A stretch of 64,000 nucleotides of DNA, from assembly GCA_021817845.1 (NCBI GenBank), contig JAKAFW010000003.1, positions 54,586 through 118,585 of the forward strand. Direction: 5' to 3'. Origin of the DNA: Bacteroidota bacterium (GTDB lineage Bacteria > Bacteroidota > Ignavibacteria > Ignavibacteriales > Ignavibacteriaceae). The notes beneath the pieces were generated by a model that worked only from the letters and a program-made list of their open reading frames with translations, did not search any database and was not told where the DNA came from. Shown here in pieces: positions 38,100 through 47,477 of this stretch. Numbering within the stretch: position 1 is the stretch's first letter; every line of letters starts with the position of its first letter. A program made the translations under genes and the position numbers.

Positions 38100-39227
38100 C
38101 TATGCAATAATAGCGATGCATTTTATTTCATCCCAAATTGGCTCTTTGAAATATTTTGGGAACCATAATTCGTCAGGATAAGAGTCCATTGAATGCAAAA
38201 AAAATGGAATATTATTTTCGCTATTTAATAATACAATCCCCAGCAATAATTTTCTTAGTGGTGGACATTGTATTAATAAAGTTGTGAGTAATTGGTGTGA
38301 AATAGTTTTATCAACAGCAATCCTATTATAAAAAGCAAATACACCATTACCATTGTTGAATTTATCATAATTTTTCTTGCAAGTAAGTTTTTGGATTATG
38401 TTTCCGATAGATGCAATCCTTTTTGCTTGAGGCATTTCTATTTTGATTGGGAAATCATTTTCTTCGATTTTACCAATAGATATTATTTCTATATCAGAAG
38501 AAAGTTTTGCAGTTTGAAAATTATGCTTGTATTTTTGTTCATAAATGATTTGGCTAGCTTGGTTCACTAAAGACATAATAGAGCTATGCAAAGCCCACGA
38601 AACATTTTCTATTTTAGGATTTATCGAGCACGCAGAAGCAATACCACCAACCCAAGACTCGCCAAAACGAATAATTCGTTTAATTCCGTCGTTTGGTAAC
38701 ATCTTTTCTATACTGCCACGGATCCAACCATCAAACTTATCCAAACCAATTTCAAAATCAGTTTCTGAACTACCTTTAACTTCGACATAAAAAGAATGAT
38801 TTCCGGTCACTATCTCATAATCTGGTTGTTTAATATCTTTTTCAAGAATTAGGTTAACATTATTTGTGGCAGTTCTTATTCTAGAACCAACATATATTTC
38901 TGCTAATGCTCCATTAAAGCCAAATGGATTTTTCAAATCTTTTAACACTTTTTCATAATTCGTAATATTCTTAACAATAGATATTTCGAGACATATTTTA
39001 AACAAAGTATGCAATGATTTTCCGGAAGTATCTATCAACATCCATACAATGGGATGAATATTTTGAGGATTTGCAAATTCTTCATCTTCTGGCATTTCAA
39101 CTTCTTCAAAGGTTTCTTCTAATACTTTAAATAGGAAATCAGCTTTATTAGAAGTCAAACCAGATTTAATTAATTTTGATGATTCTAATACAACGTCACG
39201 AGTAAGTATATTTTTTTTCTTGGACAT
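38100..39227 (-). CDS. Hypothetical protein with a possible PD-(D/E)xK nuclease motif
   Basis: 375 aa with no recognisable family. KQPDYEIVTGNHSFYVEVKG fits PD-x(n)-ExK spacing. Motif-level evidence only. Confidence 0.35.
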   Translation of the reverse strand: MSKKKNILTRDVVLESSKLIKSGLTSNKADFLFKVLEETFEEVEMPEDEEFANPQNIHPIVWMLIDTSGKSLHTLFKICLEISIVKNITNYEKVLKDLKNPFGFNGALAEIYVGSRIRTATNNVNLILEKDIKQPDYEIVTGNHSFYVEVKGSSETDFEIGLDKFDGWIRGSIEKMLPNDGIKRIIRFGESWVGGIASACSINPKIENVSWALHSSIMSLVNQASQIIYEQKYKHNFQTAKLSSDIEIISIGKIEENDFPIKIEMPQAKRIASIGNIIQKLTCKKNYDKFNNGNGVFAFYNRIAVDKTISHQLLTTLLIQCPPLRKLLLGIVLLNSENNIPFFLHSMDSYPDELWFPKYFKEPIWDEIKCIAIIA

Positions 39228-39461
39228 AAGATTTAATTCAGACTTTTAAACTTTCTTAAGCATATACTATTAATTGAGAAAATTAATCCTTACCTCAATT
39301 GTCGTATTAGCAAGATTTATTTCCCTGCTAACTCTCCTATTAAATATTAGCCCAATCTCCATAACTCGTTTATTCTATATATTGATAACATTTCATTTTA
39401 ATTGCTTCAATTTATTAAACGGAATAATTCTTCCGCCTAATAAATATCACACTTTCTCAGT

Positions 39462-39728
39462 CTAATGGGCTATATTTACACCGGCTCCTAAATTTGCTAC
39501 ATAAGTATTCGCCCAGTGAGATAAAATTCCTTTATCATATCTCTGTAAAACATGTACAGAATATCTCACGGGGGAAATCATCATAGTCTTTACCGAACCA
39601 TGTTCTAATAATTCTTGTATTGGTTTATTTTCTTGAAATGTCTTCGCAATCCCTTCTCCCGGAATAACAATCTGAATGTTCTGTGAGGTAGTATTTATAT
39701 TTGTTTGCAACCCTGCATCTCCCCACAC
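39462..39728 (-). CDS. Hypothetical ORF, possibly a gene fragment
   Basis: 88 codons with a GTG start and no recognisable motif. Lies in a decayed region between the cassette-like array and mutS. Confidence 0.25.
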   Translation of the reverse strand: MWGDAGLQTNINTTSQNIQIVIPGEGIAKTFQENKPIQELLEHGSVKTMMISPVRYSVHVLQRYDKGILSHWANTYVANLGAGVNIAH

Positions 39729-40351
39729 AAATCAATTTGAAATTTATTTCTAGTATCCATCTTTAAGTTAAATACCTTATCCCAATAAATTTATAAATGA
39801 ATCTAAATATTTTATTCCCAAATTACAAGAAAATTATTGTAACGTTTTGTCCACACATTGGATCAAATATAAGATAACCGAAGCAGGCTTGTAAAAATGT
39901 CGTTAGGTCATAATAAAGGTAACCCCGAATTATGAATTCAATTTTTTCCCCTTTTGTTAATGGGGAGGACAAAGGAGGGGGTCGAAATAATAACATGACT
40001 AAAATCTTTGTCTACTAGACAGGTATGTCTGCCTGCTGAGGCTAAGTCGAAGGCAGAATGTTTTTCCTGACTTTTATCTTTTTTCCCCCTTGCGGCTAGT
40101 CGCCCCAGGACATTTCTATTTCTTTCTTGATTCACATATTGCAATTCAATATGTTTGATATAGTCAAATATTAGTCCTTTTTCCCTGCATCTTATAACTT
40201 TATAGCTGTTACCTTTTAATTCTTCCAATTCCATTCAAAAAAGGAAAAGCAAATCAAAACTAACCCACAAAACATTATGAATGCACTGTGAATACACTCT
40301 GAATGCCTTCTAATAGCCTTATCTTGTTCAGAAATCACACTTGCCGATGCT

Positions 40352-40430
40352 GTTGCATAACTCCAAAATGTAATTTCAACCCTGCCGTAAGGCAGGTGGA
40401 GGGCCTGCCCCGTTTGCGGGGAGAAATCTC
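40352..40430 (+). repeat. Hairpin repeat, TGTCATTTCGA...GAGAAATCCC family
   Basis: GTTGCATAACTCCAAAATGTAATTTCAA-[CCTGCCGTAAGGCAGG]-GGAGGGCCTGCCCCGTTTGCGGGGAGAAATCTC. Matches 28439-28503 apart from an inserted palindrome. Confidence 0.7.
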
Positions 40431-40518
40431 TTTATACTAAATGACACCAATTGTTAAAAAAAACAAAATTGATATTCTTTTCATATTACGGTATTTTTAA
40501 TTTCTTAAAATTATAGAT

Positions 40519-43137
40519 ATGCAACAAACTCCATTAATGTCGCAATACAGTAAGATTAAAGCCGCACATCCTGATACTATTTTGCTCTTTAGGATGGGCG
40601 ACTTCTTTGAAACATTTGAAGAAGATGCAAAAATTGCTTCAAAAGTTTTAGGGATTACTTTGACCAAACGTGCAAATGGCGCAGCCGGAGAGGTTCCCCT
40701 TGCAGGCTTTCCGCACCATGCTCTTGACGCTTACCTGCCAAAATTAGTCCGCGCTGGTTACCGGGTCGCTGTCTGCGAGCAAATGGAAAATCCAAAATTT
40801 GCTAAAGGAATCGTTAAACGCGAGGTAATAGAAATTATTACACCCGGCGTTGCATTTTCTGATAAGCTTCTGGATCATAAAAAGAATAATTACTTGTTAA
40901 GCATTTATGTCAAAGATAATATCGCAGGTATTTCTTTCTGTGATATTTCTACCGGCGAGTTTTATTCTTTTGAAATCCCGTCTGATAATATTAGCCAACA
41001 AATAGAATCGATTTCTCCTTCCGAAGTTTTAATCCAAAAGAAAGATAAAGATTGGCTTACTCAAGCAATTCAAAAAGTAAATCCATCAATAAGAGTTACT
41101 AAAGTAGACGACTGGATATTTAATTACGAGTACGCAAAAGAACTTTTAGTAATGCAGTTCAAAACTGTAAACTTAAAAGGATTCGGAATTGACAACTTAG
41201 TCTCCGGCATAACCGCTGCAGGTGCTGTCTTGAGTTACTTGCAGGAAACTCAAAAACAAAATCTTTCTCATTTAAATAAAATTTCAGAATATAATCCGTC
41301 GGATTATATGTCACTCGACTATTCTACTAAAAGAAATTTAGAGATTACTTTTTCTATGAATGACGGCGCAAGGGAAGGCTCACTTATTTCTTTTCTTGAT
41401 AAAACCGAGACTGCTATGGGCGGTAGATTATTAAAGAAGTGGATTTCTACTCCGCTTAGAAGATTAGACCAGATTCAGAAAAGACAAGACAGCGTCGAAG
41501 AACTTTTCCAAAATAAATCTTTAAGAAAAAATCTTTTAACTGAATTAAAGGAAATCGGCGACCTGGAAAGATTGATCTCAAAGATTTGCACCGGCAGAGC
41601 AAATCCCCGCGAAGTTGTTGCTCTAAAATATTCCTTAATGAAGCTGCCTGTTATAAAAGAAAAATTATCTAACGTTACTGTCAATACCTTATTGCAAATA
41701 AAGGACAATTTATCCCCGCTTGAAAATCTTGTCCTAAAGATTCATAATTCAATTGTAGATTCACCTCCACTTAGCTTAAACGACGGCGGCATAATAAAAA
41801 ACGGTTTTAGTGCGGAACTGGACGAGCTTAGAAATATTTCCCTACACGGTAAAGATTGGATCGCTAATCTTCAAAAATCAGAACGGGAAAGAACGGGCAT
41901 TTCTTCGCTTAAGGTCAGCTACAATAGGGTATTTGGTTACTATATCGAAATAAGTCACGCTAATAAGGATAAAGTGCCCGCTGATTATCTTCGCAAACAA
42001 ACTTTGGTTAACTCAGAAAGATTTATTACTCCGGATTTGAAAGATTATGAAGATAAAATCTTAAATGCAGAAGAAAAAATTTATGAGCTTGAATCACAGT
42101 TATTTAATGAAGTACGATTGCTTATAGCCCACGAAGCCGAAGCTATTCAACAAAATGCAAAAATGATTGGAATGCTTGACTGCTTCTTATCTTTTGCCGA
42201 ATGTGCGGAGGATTATAACTATGTTAAGCCCATTATAAGCGAAGATAATGAAATTGCAATTGTTGATGGAAGACATCCGGTAGTTGAAAGAATATTACCC
42301 CCGGGTGAAAAATATACTTCAAATAATTGCATTCTCGACGGCGATAAAAACCAAATAATTATTTTAACCGGTCCTAATATGGCTGGCAAATCCGTTTACC
42401 TTAGACAAATTGGATTGATAGTCTTGCTTGCGCAAATCGGCTCTTTCATTCCTGCAAAGAATGCAAAGATCGGTTTAGTAGATCGAATTTTTACAAGAGT
42501 CGGCGCTAGCGATAATATCTCTGCCGGAGAAAGCACTTTTCTCGTCGAAATGCAGGAAGCGGCAAATATCCTTAATAATGCTACTTCTAAAAGCCTAATC
42601 CTCCTTGATGAAATCGGTAGAGGTACTAGCACCTTTGACGGAATATCAATCGCCTGGGCTATAACTGAATTTCTTCATGAAAATCCTAAAGTACGAGCTA
42701 AAACTTTGTTTGCAACTCATTACCATGAACTAAACGAAATGGCTGAAATTTTCCCACGTATTAAAAATTATAAGGTTGAAGTAAGGGAAATTGAAGATAA
42801 GGTAATTTTTCTTCATAAAGTCTCTCAAGGCGGTGCAGATCATAGTTACGGAATTCAAGTAGCGCAAATGGCTGGACTTCCTCTTTTTGTCACTAACCGC
42901 GCTAAAGAAATCTTGCAGAATCTCGAAAGCAAAGAATTAACTCCGTATGAAATCAAAAAGGAAAAACTAAAAAAAATTAAAGATGAAAATGATTCTCAAA
43001 TAAGTATGTTTGAGTTTAGAGATGATAAAATCAGAAAAGAGATTGACGATATTCAGTTGAATAATCTTACTCCTATTGAAGCATTAAATATGTTAAACGA
43101 TCTTAAGAAAAAAGTGAAAGACGATGCGAAAGTCTAA
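40519..43137 (+). CDS. mutS: DNA mismatch repair protein MutS
   Basis: 872 aa. TPLMSQY...HPD N-terminus, Walker A GPNMAGKS, ST(F)LVEM, DEIGRGTST. Confidence 0.97.
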   Translation: MQQTPLMSQYSKIKAAHPDTILLFRMGDFFETFEEDAKIASKVLGITLTKRANGAAGEVPLAGFPHHALDAYLPKLVRAGYRVAVCEQMENPKFAKGIVKREVIEIITPGVAFSDKLLDHKKNNYLLSIYVKDNIAGISFCDISTGEFYSFEIPSDNISQQIESISPSEVLIQKKDKDWLTQAIQKVNPSIRVTKVDDWIFNYEYAKELLVMQFKTVNLKGFGIDNLVSGITAAGAVLSYLQETQKQNLSHLNKISEYNPSDYMSLDYSTKRNLEITFSMNDGAREGSLISFLDKTETAMGGRLLKKWISTPLRRLDQIQKRQDSVEELFQNKSLRKNLLTELKEIGDLERLISKICTGRANPREVVALKYSLMKLPVIKEKLSNVTVNTLLQIKDNLSPLENLVLKIHNSIVDSPPLSLNDGGIIKNGFSAELDELRNISLHGKDWIANLQKSERERTGISSLKVSYNRVFGYYIEISHANKDKVPADYLRKQTLVNSERFITPDLKDYEDKILNAEEKIYELESQLFNEVRLLIAHEAEAIQQNAKMIGMLDCFLSFAECAEDYNYVKPIISEDNEIAIVDGRHPVVERILPPGEKYTSNNCILDGDKNQIIILTGPNMAGKSVYLRQIGLIVLLAQIGSFIPAKNAKIGLVDRIFTRVGASDNISAGESTFLVEMQEAANILNNATSKSLILLDEIGRGTSTFDGISIAWAITEFLHENPKVRAKTLFATHYHELNEMAEIFPRIKNYKVEVREIEDKVIFLHKVSQGGADHSYGIQVAQMAGLPLFVTNRAKEILQNLESKELTPYEIKKEKLKKIKDENDSQISMFEFRDDKIRKEIDDIQLNNLTPIEALNMLNDLKKKVKDDAKV

Positions 43138-43762
43138 GTTCAAAGCTTCAGAATATCTTTTATTTGCTGTCTTGCTGGTACTCCAATTAGCTTTCAATTC
43201 ATGCGGCAAGAAATATTCACCTGAACAGCTAACCTATATTAAAGGAATCGAAAAATTGAGGCATGAGAAAGATTATTCTATGAAAAACGATTCCGATTCA
43301 CCTTTCCAACGCGATAAGAATGTTCCATTTCATCCCTTAAATTATTATCCTGTTGACCCCGCTTATGTTTTCCATAGTAAGCTTTATGAGTATGATAAAA
43401 AAGATACGGTATCAGTTTTTGGAACTAAAGGTGAAGAAAGGAAAATTATTCGATACGGTTACGTTACCTTTAATATGAATAATATTAATTACAAGCTGAA
43501 TGTTTATCAAGGCAAGGCTGGCAGCGGAGAAGAATATTATACGATTTGGTTCACCGATAAAACTACCGGAGATCAAACATACGGCGTTGGACGCTATCTT
43601 GATTTTGATTTGAGCCGTGATACAAATTATATTTATACTATCGATTTTAATATGGCTTACAATCCTTACTGCGCATATACTCCAATGTATTCCTGTGCTA
43701 TACCGCGAAAAGAGGATCATGTCGATGCAGCAATTGAAGCCGGAGAAAAAAAATATCATTAA
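43124..43762 (+). CDS. DUF1684-like lipoprotein
   Basis: 212 aa with a lipoprotein-like signal (LAFNSCG) and C-terminal NPYCAY...CAIP pattern. 14-nt overlap with mutS. Confidence 0.6.
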   Translation: MRKSKFKASEYLLFAVLLVLQLAFNSCGKKYSPEQLTYIKGIEKLRHEKDYSMKNDSDSPFQRDKNVPFHPLNYYPVDPAYVFHSKLYEYDKKDTVSVFGTKGEERKIIRYGYVTFNMNNINYKLNVYQGKAGSGEEYYTIWFTDKTTGDQTYGVGRYLDFDLSRDTNYIYTIDFNMAYNPYCAYTPMYSCAIPRKEDHVDAAIEAGEKKYH

Positions 43763-43777
43763 TTAGAAGGAGCTAAA

Positions 43778-44791
43778 GTGGTAGTAGTACTTGAGAAAAA
43801 TGTTTCCGATAAACAATTAGAAAATGTAATTAAACACCTGGAAGATTTTGGATTTGCAGTCCATAAATCAACCGGCGTTGAACAAATTATCCTCGGTGCT
43901 ATCGGAGTTAAGCCTGATTTTGACACTAGAAATATTAAAGTACTTGCAGGTGTTGCAGAGGTTTACCGTATTACTGAGCCTTTTAAGCTTGCAAGCAGGA
44001 CATTCAAAAATGATGATACCCAGATTATGATTAAGGATGTTGTAATCGGTGGAAATGAAGTAGTAATGATGGCAGGACCTTGCTCTGTTGAAAATGAAGA
44101 TCAAATATTTACTATTGCAGAGATTGTCGCGAAATCCGGAGCAAAAATATTAAGGGGCGGCGCTTTCAAACCAAGAACTTCTCCTTACTCCTTTCAAGGC
44201 CTTGGCGAAGAAGGTCTAAAGCTATTAAGAAAAGCTGCAGATAAATATAATCTTTTGGTAATTACTGAAGTTATGGAATCTGCCCAAATAAAATTGATTG
44301 AGGAGTATACAGATATCTTTCAGGTTGGCGCTCGTAATATGCAAAACTTTTCTTTACTCCGGGATTTAGGAAAAACATCTACTCCGATTATGCTGAAGCG
44401 AGGTTTATCTGCGACTGTTGAAGATTGGTTGATGTCTGCTGAGTATATTTTAGCAAACGGGAATAAAGAAGTAATGTTATGCGAAAGAGGTATACGCACT
44501 TTTGAAACCTTTACCCGGAACACTTTTGATCTTTCGGCAATTCCTGTGGTGCATAAAAGAAGCCATTTACCTGTAATTGCTGATCCATCTCACGCAACAG
44601 GACTACGGGATAAAGTTTTACCAATGGCGCGCGCTGCTGTTGCTGCTGGTGCGGACGGTTTAATGGTTGAAGTTCATAATGATCCTGAAAAAGCATTATC
44701 CGATGGTCCGCAAGCTTTATTACCGGAACAATTTGTCGATCTTATGAAGCAGGTAAAACTAATTGCAGAAGTCATCGGTAGAAAGATGTAA
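43778..44791 (+). CDS. aroF: 3-deoxy-7-phosphoheptulonate (DAHP) synthase, type I-beta with N-terminal regulatory domain
   Basis: GTG start. GPCSVEN, KPRTSPYSFQGLG, DPSHATG motifs. 337 aa. Confidence 0.88.
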   Translation: MVVVLEKNVSDKQLENVIKHLEDFGFAVHKSTGVEQIILGAIGVKPDFDTRNIKVLAGVAEVYRITEPFKLASRTFKNDDTQIMIKDVVIGGNEVVMMAGPCSVENEDQIFTIAEIVAKSGAKILRGGAFKPRTSPYSFQGLGEEGLKLLRKAADKYNLLVITEVMESAQIKLIEEYTDIFQVGARNMQNFSLLRDLGKTSTPIMLKRGLSATVEDWLMSAEYILANGNKEVMLCERGIRTFETFTRNTFDLSAIPVVHKRSHLPVIADPSHATGLRDKVLPMARAAVAAGADGLMVEVHNDPEKALSDGPQALLPEQFVDLMKQVKLIAEVIGRKM

Positions 44792-44858
44792 TTCTTAATT
44801 CGTGTAACTCTGAGCTTTATCCTAAGAAAAATCACGAAGAAATAAATAAAGGACTAAC

Positions 44859-45935
44859 TTGGATTCAAATAAAATATCGATAATCGGTTTAGGCTTAATA
44901 GGCGGCTCTATTGCCAAGTCATTAAAAAATAGTGACCCATCATTATTTATAAATGCTTTTGATAAGAAGGATGTGTTAACCGCAGCAAGAAAGTTAAATG
45001 TCATTGATGAAGAATTAAATTCCCTAAAAGAAGCCGCTGACTCAGATTTTATTTTCCTTTGCCTACCGACTGACCTTTCTTTGAAAGCACTTATGGAATT
45101 AGCCCCTCTTATTAAAGATAAAACAATTATCACTGACGTTGCTGGAGTTAAAAATATCTTTGAAAAAAGATGGAAAAAGCTAAAGAGTAAAGGAATTTAT
45201 ATCGGTGGGCACCCGATGACTGGAAAAGAACAAGGTGGCTTTCAAAATTCTGACCCTCTTTTATTTGAGAATTCAACTTATATCTTATCCGATTCATATA
45301 AAGAGAATTCCGAACCATTGGTTGAAATAATTAAAACCCTTGGTGTACGCATCAAGTTTCTAAACCCAAAACTTCACGATAAAATTGTTGCCAAAGTAAG
45401 TCATTTACCGCAACTTTTAGCCGTGAATCTTGTTAATTCACTACCCAATCAGACTAAGAAAATAAATTACCTGGATTTTGCAGCCGGTGGTTTCAGAGAT
45501 ATGACCCGGATAGCCTCAAGTAATTTTGATATTTGGAAACCGGTAGTTGAATTTAACAAAGAAAATATTCTTACAGCGATTAAGGTCATCCAGAATAAAT
45601 TATCGGATATAGAAAAGTCCATAAAAAAAAGAGATTGGAAAAAATTAGAAAATCTATTTGAGAACGCACGTATAAAACGAGATGAAATCCCAAAGACTAA
45701 CAAAGGTTTCATAAATCCGCTTTATGATATTTATGTTTATGTTAATGACAAGCCTGGAGTACTGAGTAATTTAACAACTCTACTTTTCAAAGAGGGAATA
45801 AATATTAAAGATATTGAACTACTAAAAATACGCGAAGGCACGGGCGGCACTTTTAGAATTTCTTTCGACTCCGAAGCATCTTCTAAAAAAGCTCAATCAC
45901 TTATTGAAAAATCAGGATTTGCCGTCAAAAATTAA
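44859..45935 (+). CDS. tyrA: Prephenate dehydrogenase with C-terminal ACT-like domain
   Basis: IIGLGLIGGSIA NAD motif, GGHPMTG, SHLPQLLA. 358 aa. Confidence 0.85.
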   Translation: MDSNKISIIGLGLIGGSIAKSLKNSDPSLFINAFDKKDVLTAARKLNVIDEELNSLKEAADSDFIFLCLPTDLSLKALMELAPLIKDKTIITDVAGVKNIFEKRWKKLKSKGIYIGGHPMTGKEQGGFQNSDPLLFENSTYILSDSYKENSEPLVEIIKTLGVRIKFLNPKLHDKIVAKVSHLPQLLAVNLVNSLPNQTKKINYLDFAAGGFRDMTRIASSNFDIWKPVVEFNKENILTAIKVIQNKLSDIEKSIKKRDWKKLENLFENARIKRDEIPKTNKGFINPLYDIYVYVNDKPGVLSNLTTLLFKEGINIKDIELLKIREGTGGTFRISFDSEASSKKAQSLIEKSGFAVKN

Positions 45936-45940
45936 ATATG

Positions 45941-46048
45941 GGGCACTTCTAAAAACTAACTTTTATAAAAATTTAACGCAAAGAATACGCAACATTCGCA
46001 GAGAATCTGCCTATCGGCAGGCAGGTATTGAAGTTTTTAGAAGTGCCC
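45941..46048. mobile_element. MITE-like element with ~18-bp terminal inverted repeats
   Basis: GGGCACTTCTAAAAACTA (45941-45958) versus AGTTTTTAGAAGTGCCC (46032-46048). Internal CTGCC-TATC-GGCAG palindrome. Related copy at 28612-28686 and solo terminus at 5451-5468. Confidence 0.7.
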
Positions 46049-46128
46049 TATATAATGTACCCTATAAAGCTAAAATCCTGTTCACAATAATGGCATAACC
46101 ATTATTCAACTTAGGTACAACCCCCAAA

Positions 46129-46328
46129 CTGTCATTTCGAATCCGGCTTTAGCCGGTGAGAAATCCCAAGAGTAGCTTAGATACACGAGTAGATCATGGG
46201 ATATCTCAGTCGCAAAGCTCCTTCGATATGACATACAAATAGTTGTCATTAGTACCGGAGGGTCTACCTCAACGACCCTGCCGGCAAGGTTTAGCCGGAG
46301 CTTGTCCCGTATGCGGGAAGAAATCCCT
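46129..46328. repeat. Hairpin-repeat cluster, three units of the TGTCATTTCGA...GAGAAATCCC family
   Basis: Unit 1 is CTGTCATTTCGAA-[TCCGGCTTTAGCCGG]-TGAGAAATCCC. Unit 2 is inverted: GGGATATCTC...TTCGATATGACA. Unit 3 is TTGTCATT...GGAGGGTCTACC...CCCGTATGCGGGAAGAAATCCC. Confidence 0.7.
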
Positions 46329-46671
46329 TAGAATACTTTTCCTCAAAAACGCATTTCTCAAATAGTGGTCATTATTTCATCGACAAGTAGTCTTCCTCTC
46401 GATTCCAATGTTTCTCAAAATATCCTACACTAATATTCTATTAATGTTTATATGTTGGCTTGCAACTGTTATAAATAGAACAAGATACACCTATTACTAT
46501 AATCTAATTCCGATTATGGAAATTTACGCTTCGATTTAAGTTTCCCTGTAGTGTTTATATTTTACATATCCCAATCTGATCACGTGAAATAATTATTTGT
46601 ATCTTAATTAAATCGTATGCTTTTAATTAGTCTTAAAATTAAATATATTCACCTCAAAATTTTAGGAAAAT

Positions 46672-47472
46672 ATGATCCCACTTAATGTTCTTTTTGTCGG
46701 TGATATTATCGGCAAACCCGGATTAAATATTGTCCAAACTTGGCTACCGGGACTGATTCAAAAATATAAGGCTGATTTTGTTATTGCGAATGGGGAAAAT
46801 GCAGCAGATGGTAAAGGATGTACAGAAAAAGAAGGCTCTATTCTTTTTAATTTAGGCGTTAATGTTATTACCGGAGGAAATCATACGTGGGATAAACATC
46901 AGTCGCAAGATTATCTGCGCGCTGAACCGCGAGCACTCAGACCATTAAACTATCCCAAAGGAACTTACGGAAACGGTTATATTATCACGGAAACGAAGAA
47001 GGGGAAAGTAGCGGTGCTAAATTTACAGGGAAGAACTTTTATGGCCTCAATTGACTGCCCGTTTAGAATTGCCGAATGGGCTTTGGCTAAATTAAAAAAT
47101 GAAACCAACATGATCTTTATCGATTTTCATGCTGAAGCAACTGCCGAAAAAATAGCAATGGGAATTTTCCTTGATGGCAAAATTACTGCACTAGTTGGAA
47201 CTCATACCCATATTCAGACAGCCGACGAAAGAATCTTGCCGAACGGTACAGGCTATATTTCCGATGTCGGTATGACGGGTCCTTATGAATCCGTTATAGG
47301 TATGAAAAGTCAGGCTGCAATAAATAGGTTCATTTTTCAAACTCCTCAAAAATATGAAACAGCGGAAAATGACGTGCACCTGAGCGCAATGTATTTCAAA
47401 ATTGATACTGAGACGGGAAAAACAATTGAGATTGAAAGAATAACTTTTCCCGAATTCGTAAAAAAGATTTAG
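46672..47472 (+). CDS. ymdB: YmdB-family metallophosphoesterase (TIGR00282-like)
   Basis: LFVGDIIGKPG, ANGENAADGKG, GNHTWD, DFHAEATAEK motifs. 266 aa. Confidence 0.85.
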   Translation: MIPLNVLFVGDIIGKPGLNIVQTWLPGLIQKYKADFVIANGENAADGKGCTEKEGSILFNLGVNVITGGNHTWDKHQSQDYLRAEPRALRPLNYPKGTYGNGYIITETKKGKVAVLNLQGRTFMASIDCPFRIAEWALAKLKNETNMIFIDFHAEATAEKIAMGIFLDGKITALVGTHTHIQTADERILPNGTGYISDVGMTGPYESVIGMKSQAAINRFIFQTPQKYETAENDVHLSAMYFKIDTETGKTIEIERITFPEFVKKI

Positions 47473-47477
47473 CTTTC

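Noticed and set aside
39938-40234. 98-aa minus-strand ORF next to mutS
   Set aside because: Its C-terminal two thirds are read through GC-rich hairpin repeats (TCTGCCT...AGGCAGA, CCCC...GGGG). Only ~40 N-terminal codons look protein-like, so this is probably a disrupted remnant.
45904-46098. 64-aa ORF downstream of tyrA
   Set aside because: It is made entirely of the MITE-like element and its terminal inverted repeats, so it is not a gene.
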